A DNA stretch of 64,000 nucleotides from a virus (lineage: Duplodnaviria > Caudoviricetes). Where the stretch lies: IMG/VR virus record IMGVR_UViG_3300005611_000006; one strand, 5' to 3'. The position numbers and the translations under genes are program-made. This document shows, piece after piece, positions 58,401-64,000 of the stretch. The notes beneath the pieces were generated by a model. The model did not search any database and was not told where the DNA came from. It saw nothing but the letters and a program-made list of their open reading frames with translations. The first letter of the stretch is position 1. Each line of letters begins with the position of its first letter.

Positions 58401-58660
58401 CAGAAAACTTCCCAGATGACCTTGATGATGAAGTCCCATCTTGGGCAATTGCAAATAACATACGGGGATATTCAGATGAACAAGTACAAAACCCTGATTA
58501 TGATCCCAATCGTGAATATGTACCAAGGTCTGAAAGATCGGAATGGGATGCAGTAGGACTTATGGGTAAACTCGTTATTCGCAATGGACTGCCAGTTAAT
58601 CCAAGGTGGAAACGAATGAAGGATATAAATGAAAATCTAAGTAAGTGGCTTGTCATGTAA
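49412..58660 (+). CDS. Giant collagen-like long tail fibre (3082 aa) with a C-terminal autoproteolytic chaperone (peptidase G2-like)
   Basis: (G-X-Q)n blocks; repeated WHAGNDGAGSGLDADLLDG; ADYAEYFEW..EWDAVGLMGK. Confidence 0.88.
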   Translation: MEIEVNKNQSPISVEVSNGSQIKFETSSSPQVVSELNGSENNLEIRAQLPSGVQGLQGIQGNFGVQGTQGNQGTQGITGSQGTQGIQGIQGEQGIQGTYGPRGIQGTQGTQGIQGELGTQGTQGFQGIRGTDANVQGIQGNIGLQGDVGTQGTTGTQGTTGEQGITGSQGTQGIQGITGSQGTTGEQGIQGITGSQGTTGLQGDVGTQGITGFQGTTGEQGIQGRSGLQGNRGSFGYQGLQGNLGIQGIQGIQGTTGSQGIQGQQGIQGQQGISGFQGTQGITGSQGITGSQGIQGELGLQGIQGNQGIQGITGEQGIQGIQGITGEQGIQGTTGSQGIQGTQGITGEQGITGSQGITGSQGTQGITGFQGTQGYQGIQGEIGVQGNTGQIGDIGFQGTTGFQGTQGITGEQGIQGIQGSFGNQGIQGTIGDVGTQGVAGVQGSFGNQGIQGIQGQIGSGLQGLTGEQGIQGIQGIQGQQGIQGQQGISGFQGIQGLIGSQGNDGNFGGATFDYTFSSNTLNSDPGAGKLKFSEFPFSGSLNLYIDDTDDNGTNIEPFLRTIDDSTSTIKGHFRVSNRLDSSDFALFTISNVSELNGYFNVSSSYVSGSSQSFTDGEDVIITFARTGDKGDQGFQGIQGTQGIIGEQGIQGIQGIQGEQGIQGIQGIQGTQGTQGITGEQGIQGEQGIQGTQGITGEQGIQGIQGIQGEQGIQGIQGTQGITGEQGIQGIQGLTGEQGIQGIQGEQGIQGIQGIQGITGEQGIQGIQGEQGIQGRQGRQGITGSQGIQGRQGRQGITGSQGTQGRQGTQGPGGLTTLNANTLDNLDSTQFLRSDSNDIYTGTLTGAGNISFSGGYIEIGDGSGSVAMTINDGYGNANLCFNHAYGVPDVTGNALRIETNVDSTTGAAFFFEGKSNVAANTATSLNNLFTMDEGGATCLGNVVWHAGNDGAGSGLDADLLDGISSASFLRSNADDTFTGNLANNGNNYITFGPNSTWSRYLRVGGNGYQGSSTVANIATTNGNLHLDAASGGFSTLLNYYAGTAGVGFGNGSTTFVAWMGPDGDLWKGSADNSGSKYWHAGNDGSSSGLDADLLDGIQGANYVRNNSTATISARHRFNHNEINNSDTIATATGSLGAFEVFNSGAGNDAFISFHAGGDHAFYFGLDADTNDLAIGGWSKGANKYRIWHAGNDGAGSGLDADLLDGISSASFLRSDANDYKTGGFLRFNDNLNLQMGSDNDISFFYNGSDFYMDFQTAGDSWYIRDSGDNAVFGFSDSGNLSLYKGDLNVGDGGDNSRILIKKADNNVSDHIQFYNGTTRMGEIGCEDTTWLRINQETAKNIFTPRMIRADGGFTVGSGTVWHSGNDGAGSGLDADLLDGISSASFLRSNANDSITAIITGHASDTEVFRLRSSTYSTKYVYYGGWSTANSNDISRIRSSGNLHIDSPANGHLYLNWYASNRTIHLGNTGQVVRAAGSNIVWHAGNDGAGSGLDADLLDGLQASSFLRSNAASEITAPLTIDSDNNVNGALRIENNVTDTNNDFYFAQEISQTLSGSQVATADRSQGGIYMDINSTNTGGDTSNDHRAYGIYIDLDSTGDANAVYGIHVNNTATPTTGTTSNVWAGYFFAEDNGGAGAVTNVYGVQAFAYSDNSNSDTNTQYGGYFKSYCDTDSAAVGAAYGVYSEIEINGTTDLYGSCYALRAEIDNNTNVAQTNTSYLLYGNYSGTLPTTAYGVYINNNVPSYFGGGIEIPDGPGTIAGATFANGWLRIGTSTTGWAFDSNELITFGSCIVGSASGSSLTFNARPAFNGGTSGSSSPFTVDSTQVVTNLNADLLDGEQLSDSATANTVVSRNGSADITCRLLRPNYGNQSTISGAIAYRVNDGNDNYVRFCNDTAAIRTFLGVTATGSDGNYLRSNANDEYDNGQLTIRSNSANGHYWGVGLEYYSSAWRHTNDNSWGFVFRNSGGILDIYSATAAGTAGATATYKAFRIGGSSLLLQYDGNNVFHDSYHPNADKLTTARTISLSGDATGSISFDGSANKTISVAVVNDSHTHDGRYFTETESDARYLHDYFEAAINSQSAESGTWTKSSSSSNWGQPKFSNTHNQRRYADAGAYVQYNVPSGYKSAWISHLTWNTGGYADCYGVQADGDLIFLRRINTRQLVENTNHGDPDFHDGSTITHIGSGLDHFTAIRIQNRVGRIHLTGLAWSKNDNAGYEGTGMVHPAQISHQGAGSGLDADTLDGAQPSVNASNSTIVQRHSSGYIYANYFNTTPNDVSSGVTRICCETGNDGFIRHATADAVRAFIDDGRYLRSNANDTFSGILTASGAGRITFTNNVANYDTAAEIPTSDNHITPGKDNGTNNTIPANLNLWSWYGIGFGPTITSQTVPNGQLSHLFNVRNGDATFRGLLSILGGKIGVKATPSGTPAARNAFIALGDADTGIAQNGDGQLELWANNQECINVTSGGITSYKSWFFDNNNQTGQNNDYEAVRVDADYSGTAAFTTNRTLTGLRVTLDSSKSNTTTTNGNRKYLKGFRVDSTATQFCYDNTGIYSLAKSTGNGSGVGTQSIFGVYGYAQAYAAGGAVNAYGGHFLAYRGGGTSGGTLYAVYGRALQTDNGSGKSGNAVGGYFEVECDEETIADAKAVQAHIDHDGGTITTGHLFYGSYAGTIGTKYGLYLTGEGQNYLSGNLGVFSETNRTGMRLDVNGYAIANRWYCNSTTRFISSVSGDYGTVQCGGSGAGNWEGYSIDGRAVFMHDGGSAMGLYDDVNNHWAIHHTFNGATKIYYDGSEKFRSASTGVYFNSQTRTRFDMLAGIDDGGVYGANNQKFEARHGTANGSTTEGGHTFIRGNRTADSTACLEIQVAGDNKIRLRADGNGRFDGGADTGNADYAEYFEWEDGNPDNEDRRGIPVVLVEDKIRMALPDDDVNDIIGVISAAPGIVGDSAELGWQGRNLKDEYGAKVVNRKQYLIWNDEETDPQPGNNTDAGNADQKREITENFPDDLDDEVPSWAIANNIRGYSDEQVQNPDYDPNREYVPRSERSEWDAVGLMGKLVIRNGLPVNPRWKRMKDINENLSKWLVM
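49565..51849 (+). repeat. 9-bp collagen repeat, interrupted by a globular domain at about 50935-51289
   Basis: Directly visible tandem repeats. Confidence 0.9.
52238..53940 (+). repeat. Dispersed ~90-bp near-identical junction repeats within the fibre gene
   Basis: TGGCACGCTGGTAACGACGGTGCTGGTTCTGGTCTTGATGCTGA.. at about 52238, 52640, 52967, 53489 and 53848. Confidence 0.85.
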
Positions 58661-58744
58661 ATCTTTAAGTATCTATTACTTATCTTCAAACCTAACAGAG
58701 TTATTTTAGTCATATTTTGATGTCTTGTCAACTATATGAATAAC

Positions 58745-58873
58745 TTGACAACTAAAATATAATGAGTTATATTATAAAAGTCTACACATCTTTGTATCTT
58801 TGAGATGTGAGACCCGTCTGTGGTGGGACGGTTTTCAAGGTGGAACACAGGGGGGTCTTCGGACCCCTTTTTT
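58745..58873 (+). ncRNA. Candidate structured small RNA or leader with its own promoter and terminator
   Basis: TTGACA-17 bp-TATATT; hairpins CACATCT/AGATGTG, CCGTC/GACGG and GGGGTC-TTCG-GACCCC followed by a T run. Confidence 0.45.
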
Positions 58874-58908
58874 CTTGTATACTGAAAGGAGTTCAAAGCA
58901 GACCCTGT

Positions 58909-61053
58909 ATGATCAACAAAGAAGTTAAAGGAATGCTTGCCAAATGTCTGGCAACTGAGAATCTTGTAGTTGAGCATCGTAATGTAATGACTGCGATGTT
59001 TGATGTTCAACGACGTGTTCTTACACTTCCAAATTGGCAGAAAGCTAGTAATACTGTATATGATCTCCTGGTTGCACACGAAGTAGGACACGCACTTTAT
59101 ACTGATAATATTGACTGGAAAGTAGAGTATCCAGATGTTCCTAAAGATTTCGTGAATGTCGTTGAAGATGCACGTATCGAACGTATGATGAAGAAAAAGT
59201 ATGGTGGTCTTTCTCGTACTTTTTATAATGGTTATCAGGAACTAAATGATGATGATTTTTTCTCAGTAAAGAATGAAAAGTTTGAGAGAATGAGTCTGAT
59301 TGATCGTATCAATCTTTATTTCAAGATTGGTGCATTTCATCAAATTCCTTTTAATGATGTTGAGAATGAATTTTTGACTCAAATCAGTCTTTCTGAGACT
59401 TTTGATGATGTTCTAAAAATCTCTCAGAATATCTATAATTATGTAAAGACAAAAGGTGATGATGATAAAATGAATTTCCCACAAATGGGAGATCACTCTC
59501 AATCTATGTCTTCAAGTTCTAGTAGTGAGGGCAATCAAGAGGGAGAAGAAGTAGAAGAAGATAATACAGGAGAAGAGGGAGATTCTGAAGAATCTGGAGA
59601 TTCTAAAGATTCTGAAGAAAATGGTGAGGGTGAAGATATTGATAATGATACAGATTCTTCTACTGGGGGAATGCAACCTGAGGATAAGGAAATAAATGAG
59701 ATGGAGTCTAAAACCTCTAGTTCTTTTGAAGAAAAATCAAAAGAACTTAATAATAGAATGGATTCGGATTCAGTTTCTTATGTTGAACTTCCTGAGTTTG
59801 ATCTAAGCAAAACTATTATTCCAAATAGTCACATTCATAAACTAAACGAGGAATTTTATTCTGATGATTATTATAAAGAATATGTCAATAGTAGTAATCA
59901 AAATTACATTGAGTTTAAGAAAAAATCTGAGAGAGAAGTATCTTATCTCGTAAAAGAGTTTGAGAGTAAGAAATCTGCAGATCAGTATGCTCGGGCATCA
60001 ATTGCAAGAACTGGCATTCTTGATACAACCAAACTTCATACTTATAAGTATAATGAAGACTTGTTTCGTAAAATTTCTGTTCTTCCTAATGGAAAGAATC
60101 ATGGACTAATTTTTATTCTTGATTGGTCTGGATCAATGTCTGATTATTTGCTTGATACTTATAAGCAACTTTGCAGTTTGATTTGGTTCTGTCGTAAGGT
60201 TAGTATTCCATTCGAGGTATATTCTTTCACTAATGATCCTAATGCATATATTGAATATGATCCAAATCACAATCCTACATATGAACCAAAAGATGGATTT
60301 ATTATGCCAGAAAAGTCATTTCGTTTGATGAATATTTTCACCAGTAAAGTAAACAATCGTGAATTGGAAAATCAAATGAAAATTATGTGGAGAATCTGTG
60401 AAGCATTCCAGAGTAGATATGGTTATGTCCCAAATCATATGTCTCTTTCTGGAACTCCTCTTGGAGAAACAATGATTGCAATGAATCAAGTTATTCCACA
60501 TTTCATTTCACAATACAAAGTTCAGAAAACTAACGTTGTTTTTCTAACTGATGGTGAGGGATATACAAATCCTTGTGGAATTTTTAGGAAAAGTTACACT
60601 GGCGAACAATACGTTGGAGCTAAGTATTCATGGCAAACTGTGATTCGTAATCGTAAAAATGGAAGAATGTATCCTGCCTATACTGAAAGAAATTTTGCTG
60701 CTTATTCAAAGGTATTGATGACATACTTGAAAGATTCATTTACAAATGTTAACTTTGTTAACTTTAGGATTGCTAATGGAAAAGAACTTTACAGTTGCTG
60801 GTCCAATTTTAGTGATAGAACAGATTATGAAAAGGTAAAAGTTTCCTTCCGAAAGAATAAGTTTGTATCTCTTGAAAAAACTGCATTTGACAAATTCTTT
60901 GTCCTTTCTTCAAATAATGTAAATGTCGATTCTGAGTTTGAAGTTGCAGAAGATGCCACAAAAACTCAAATCAAAACTGCATTTGTAAAATCTCTAGGAA
61001 AGAAGAAAGCAAACAAGAAAGTTCTCAGTGAGTTCATTTCTATGGTCTGCTGA
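58909..61053 (+). CDS. CobT-like protein: HEXXH metallopeptidase-like domain + acidic linker + VWA domain
   Basis: HEVGH, NVVEDARIE, DWSGSM (MIDAS), GTPL, FLTDGE; ATG 58909 preferred. Confidence 0.85.
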   Translation: MINKEVKGMLAKCLATENLVVEHRNVMTAMFDVQRRVLTLPNWQKASNTVYDLLVAHEVGHALYTDNIDWKVEYPDVPKDFVNVVEDARIERMMKKKYGGLSRTFYNGYQELNDDDFFSVKNEKFERMSLIDRINLYFKIGAFHQIPFNDVENEFLTQISLSETFDDVLKISQNIYNYVKTKGDDDKMNFPQMGDHSQSMSSSSSSEGNQEGEEVEEDNTGEEGDSEESGDSKDSEENGEGEDIDNDTDSSTGGMQPEDKEINEMESKTSSSFEEKSKELNNRMDSDSVSYVELPEFDLSKTIIPNSHIHKLNEEFYSDDYYKEYVNSSNQNYIEFKKKSEREVSYLVKEFESKKSADQYARASIARTGILDTTKLHTYKYNEDLFRKISVLPNGKNHGLIFILDWSGSMSDYLLDTYKQLCSLIWFCRKVSIPFEVYSFTNDPNAYIEYDPNHNPTYEPKDGFIMPEKSFRLMNIFTSKVNNRELENQMKIMWRICEAFQSRYGYVPNHMSLSGTPLGETMIAMNQVIPHFISQYKVQKTNVVFLTDGEGYTNPCGIFRKSYTGEQYVGAKYSWQTVIRNRKNGRMYPAYTERNFAAYSKVLMTYLKDSFTNVNFVNFRIANGKELYSCWSNFSDRTDYEKVKVSFRKNKFVSLEKTAFDKFFVLSSNNVNVDSEFEVAEDATKTQIKTAFVKSLGKKKANKKVLSEFISMVC

Positions 61054-61109
61054 GACGGTTCAGAGAGTGTCCATAGGGCACTCTCCCGACCCCTTATGCC
61101 TGCTATACT
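61054..61109 (+). promoter_or_regulatory. Operator-like box, hairpin and extended -10 upstream of cobS
   Basis: GACGGTT-N4-GAGTGTCCA; GAGAGTGTCC/GGGCACTCTC hairpin; TGcTATACT. Confidence 0.55.
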
Positions 61110-61151
61110 ACTTAAGTAGTTCAGCATCAGTCCTTTACACTTTACTTGATT

Positions 61152-62252
61152 ATGGAAAACGCAATTAAACTTCTCAAAGAGCAATTTGGTGCTGAATTTG
61201 GTGCTGATGCTGTTCGTTCTGTTGCTTCTGAACTTAATACAACTTATGCAACTCTCTCTAAAAAACTGTCTCAATACAAAGTATCTCGTGGTAAGTGGAA
61301 TCTCGAAGTGACTCAAGAAAAAGTAGAAGAACTTGAAAAAGATTATGCTGCTCCTGCTGTTGAAGGTGTAGCAACAATTCAATCTGTAAAGCAAAATCTT
61401 ATTCCTCAAAAAGATGATACCTTCGTCAGCTTTGGTAACTTCTCTGATATTAAAAAAATTATTAACTCCCGTCTATTCTATCCTGCATTCATTACAGGGC
61501 TTTCTGGCAATGGTAAAACATTCTGTATTGAGCAAGCGTGTGCTCAACTTGGACGAGAATTGATCCGAGTAAACATTACTATTGAAACAGATGAAGATGA
61601 TCTCATTGGTGGATTCCGTCTTGTTAATGGTGAAACCGTTTGGCATAATGGTCCGGTCATCGAAGCCTTGGAGCGCGGTGCGATTCTATTGCTTGACGAG
61701 ATTGACTTGGCTTCCAACAAGATTCTTTGCCTTCAATCAATCCTTGAAGGAAAAGGAGTCTTTCTGAAGAAGATTGGTAGGTGGGTAAATCCTTCTGCTG
61801 GTTTCAATATCTTTGCAACTGCAAATACTAAGGGTAAAGGTTCTGATGATGGACGTTTTATCGGTACTAATGTTCTTAACGAAGCATTCCTTGAGCGTTT
61901 TCCTGTAACATTTGAGCAAGATTATCCAACTGTTTCAATCGAGAAAAAGATCTTGACAAATGTTGCTGAATCGCTTAGTATTCCTATGGTGAGTGAGCAT
62001 ACTGACTTCATTACCCACCTTTGTACTTGGTCGGAAATTATCCGAAAAACTTTTAATGATGGGGGAATTGATGAAGTAATTAGTACTCGTCGTCTAGTAC
62101 ATATTCTTCGTGCTTACTCTATTTTTGGTAAAAAAGAAAAAGCAATCAAAGTTTGTTTGAATCGTTTTGATGATGAAACCAAATCTACTTTTGCAGAACT
62201 TTATGATAAAATTGATGCAGAGTTTGCAAATGATGACAAAGAAGAGGGATAA
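61152..62252 (+). CDS. cobS: MoxR/CobS-type AAA+ ATPase
   Basis: GLSGNGKT, LLLDEID, TANTKGKG, NEAFLERF, STRRL. Confidence 0.92.
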   Translation: MENAIKLLKEQFGAEFGADAVRSVASELNTTYATLSKKLSQYKVSRGKWNLEVTQEKVEELEKDYAAPAVEGVATIQSVKQNLIPQKDDTFVSFGNFSDIKKIINSRLFYPAFITGLSGNGKTFCIEQACAQLGRELIRVNITIETDEDDLIGGFRLVNGETVWHNGPVIEALERGAILLLDEIDLASNKILCLQSILEGKGVFLKKIGRWVNPSAGFNIFATANTKGKGSDDGRFIGTNVLNEAFLERFPVTFEQDYPTVSIEKKILTNVAESLSIPMVSEHTDFITHLCTWSEIIRKTFNDGGIDEVISTRRLVHILRAYSIFGKKEKAIKVCLNRFDDETKSTFAELYDKIDAEFANDDKEEG

Positions 62253-62263
62253 TTCCCTCTTTG
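62243..62263 (+). terminator. Probable terminator after cobS
   Basis: AGAGGGA-TAAT-TCCCTCT followed by TT. Confidence 0.5.
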
Positions 62264-62303
62264 TGTCTATATAAAAAAACTTTTCTTTATTCAAATAAAT
62301 TCT

Positions 62304-62441
62304 ATGTATTTACTACTCACTGAAAAGGATGCTGATACAATTTATGAAGAATATCAGGAATGGGAACAGGATGAACAATTTGAAGAAGATGAATATAGAG
62401 AAGATAGAATGGAACAAATGATCTCTAGACACTATTACTAA
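62304..62441 (+). CDS. Small acidic hypothetical protein (45 aa)
   Basis: MYLLLTEKD..EDEYREDRMEQMISRHYY. Confidence 0.5.
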   Translation: MYLLLTEKDADTIYEEYQEWEQDEQFEEDEYREDRMEQMISRHYY

Positions 62442-62462
62442 ATACCAGTATAATTATTTTCT

Positions 62463-62534
62463 GGGCTCATAGTTAAACGGATATAACTACCGCCTTCTAA
62501 GCGGTTATTCTAGGTTCGATTCCTAGTGAGCCTG
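62463..62534 (+). tRNA. tRNA-Arg(UCU)
   Basis: Acceptor stem GGGCTCA/TGAGCCT; ACCGC-CTTCTAA-GCGGT; GTTCGATT; no encoded CCA. Confidence 0.95.
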
Positions 62535-62556
62535 CTATATTTTTCCAGGATTAAAG

Positions 62557-62811
62557 ATGCTAATTGAAGAAATTTTTGTTAATGAAAAAACTGAAGAAGT
62601 TACAGTAACTGCTATTATAGAAGATGCTGTTTTAGTTTATCATCAAACTTTATTAGATCCTCCAGAATATGGTCCTGCATTGTGTATTACTTCATTCCCT
62701 TTAGAACAAATTGATTTTAATTTAAATGATAAAGATGCTCTTAAAGATTTCCTTTCAGATGCAGATTGGGAAGTATTAAGACATAAAGATTACGATTATG
62801 ATTATGACTGA
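62557..62811 (+). CDS. Hypothetical protein
   Basis: 84 aa, DPPEYGPALC. Confidence 0.7.
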   Translation: MLIEEIFVNEKTEEVTVTAIIEDAVLVYHQTLLDPPEYGPALCITSFPLEQIDFNLNDKDALKDFLSDADWEVLRHKDYDYDYD

Positions 62812-62989
62812 AAAGAAGAAAAATCTTTTTCCATATTCAATGTTTCCAGTAAGACTTGAACATATGGAAGGAAAAGACAAAAAAATATGTTTTTTTACTC
62901 ATAAAGATGATATGACTAAGTATGTGAGTAGATTAAAATTAAAGAAAAAAGACTACAAGTTTTCTGTAAAATCTGATAAAAAAAAGTGA
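62798..62989 (+). CDS. Hypothetical basic protein
   Basis: 63 aa, FPVRLEH. Confidence 0.65.
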   Translation: MIMTEKKKNLFPYSMFPVRLEHMEGKDKKICFFTHKDDMTKYVSRLKLKKKDYKFSVKSDKKK

Positions 62990-62995
62990 AACGAT

Positions 62996-63154
62996 ATGGA
63001 AATGTATAAACCTAATATTGATCAAAAGTTAAATTACTTAGAAAATGAAAATGTAGAAACCACAAATGTTTTATATGAATTAAGTAACAAAATTGATGAT
63101 TTGAATAATCGTCTACAAGTTCTTGAAAATTATCTTTTATCTGATGGCAAATAG
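62996..63154 (+). CDS. Small coiled-coil hypothetical protein (52 aa)
   Basis: MEMYKPN..LENENVETTNVLYEL; fills the gap. Confidence 0.55.
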   Translation: MEMYKPNIDQKLNYLENENVETTNVLYELSNKIDDLNNRLQVLENYLLSDGK

Positions 63155-63188
63155 TATAAATAAATCTAAGAACTAATTTAGATCTATA

Positions 63189-63665
63189 ATGAAAACCTTC
63201 AATGATTTTCTTAAAGAAGCACATATTTTTGAGATGCGTAAAGAGGATAAAGTTAAAGGCAAAGAAAAAACTCCTCTTTATGTAAATCCAAAAATAAATG
63301 TGATGAAGAAATCTGATGATGGTAAATGGAAAAAAGAAACATCTAATAGATTTTCTGGAAAGGGAAGAATAAATCCAGTGGTTTCAATGGCAAGGGCAAA
63401 ACGCCCAAGCAGTAAACAGAGTTTTGGAATGTCTGGGTATGGAGCAATGGCAAATGATCCAGGAGCACCACAACCACAAGGAACTTCTGCTGGTAAAAAA
63501 GGAATTTTTAGAGGAAAGAAAAAGAGCGATCCAGAAATTCAAAAATTGAAAAAAAGTGCTCCAATGGGAGACTTAAATAATCCAATAACTAGACTTACAG
63601 CAAAAACTCCAAAAGAAAAAATGGATCTCAAAAGAAGTAGAAGAAAAATTAACTATGGAAGTTGA
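63189..63665 (+). CDS. Basic protein with a T4 capsid-targeting-like N-terminus (candidate internal head protein)
   Basis: MKTFNDFLKEA; TATAAATA at 63155-63162. Confidence 0.65.
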   Translation: MKTFNDFLKEAHIFEMRKEDKVKGKEKTPLYVNPKINVMKKSDDGKWKKETSNRFSGKGRINPVVSMARAKRPSSKQSFGMSGYGAMANDPGAPQPQGTSAGKKGIFRGKKKSDPEIQKLKKSAPMGDLNNPITRLTAKTPKEKMDLKRSRRKINYGS

Positions 63666-63681
63666 GGGTAATTAAAAATCT

Positions 63682-63990
63682 ATGACTAAATTTAAACATA
63701 ATTTTTTTGAATATGAATGGGGTGGAGAAGATACTTGGTATACAAAATCTAAACGATGGGCAAAAAATCAAAATCCAATAGTTAAAGATTTGGCATTGGG
63801 TTTTATCGAATGGTTATGGATTAAGTGGATAGAAAGGAAAGTAAAAATGGAAATGTCTTTCGTTGATAAGCAGGCAGAAGAGATTGTTGATATGTGGGAA
63901 ATTCAAGATAAACCAATTGTAAAATCAGAGAAATCTGAAGTTGATGGACTAGATATTATTAGTATCTCTACTTTCGATGAGAATAATTAA
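63682..63990 (+). CDS. Hypothetical protein
   Basis: 102-aa ORF with GAGG RBS. Confidence 0.7.
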   Translation: MTKFKHNFFEYEWGGEDTWYTKSKRWAKNQNPIVKDLALGFIEWLWIKWIERKVKMEMSFVDKQAEEIVDMWEIQDKPIVKSEKSEVDGLDIISISTFDENN

Positions 63991-64000
63991 CGATTATGGA

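Noticed and set aside
49412-58660. Diversity-generating retroelement or invertase-based fibre switching
   Set aside because: No reverse transcriptase, recombinase, or adenine-specific template/variable repeat pair seen in the window
58807-58908. GTG-started N-terminal extension of the VWA-peptidase
   Set aside because: Runs through a terminator and promoter; ATG 58909 is more plausible

Overview
AT-rich 64 kb segment of a T4-like cyanomyovirus, probably infecting Synechococcus/Cyanobium (inferred from the 360-aa D1 with the C-terminal 7-residue insertion). From left to right: the end of a tail-fibre gene; psbA, a hypothetical gene, psbD and a free-standing GIY-YIG endonuclease; an accessory island punctuated by three ~60-bp promoter/stem-loop repeats, containing an HNH + DNA methyltransferase cassette; a putative glycan-modification operon; core genes (glutaredoxin, thyX, phoH, exonuclease, gp33, gp59, gp32); the baseplate/tail module (gp53, gp48, gp2, gp4, gp54-like, gp26, gp51, hub/tape-measure-like proteins, gp5); tRNA-Leu(UAA); very large virion/fibre genes, including two almost proline-free collagen-like fibres; the VWA-peptidase/cobS pair; tRNA-Arg(UCU); and small ORFs. 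The most interesting leads are: (1) a duplicated domain in a virion protein that aligns by eye with the phycobiliprotein fold, including its bilin-attachment Cys motifs; (2) a G-[IV]-[GAS]-[ST] peptide motif spread across unrelated structural proteins, a possible modification sequon, in a genome that also has a glyco-operon; (3) stop-codon-abutting promoter repeats that bracket gene cassettes; (4) a divergent psbD 3' end next to a homing endonuclease with a translation-control stem; (5) a ~45-nt sRNA candidate nearly complementary to the host Yfr1 motif. All calls come from reading the sequence; no searches were run.
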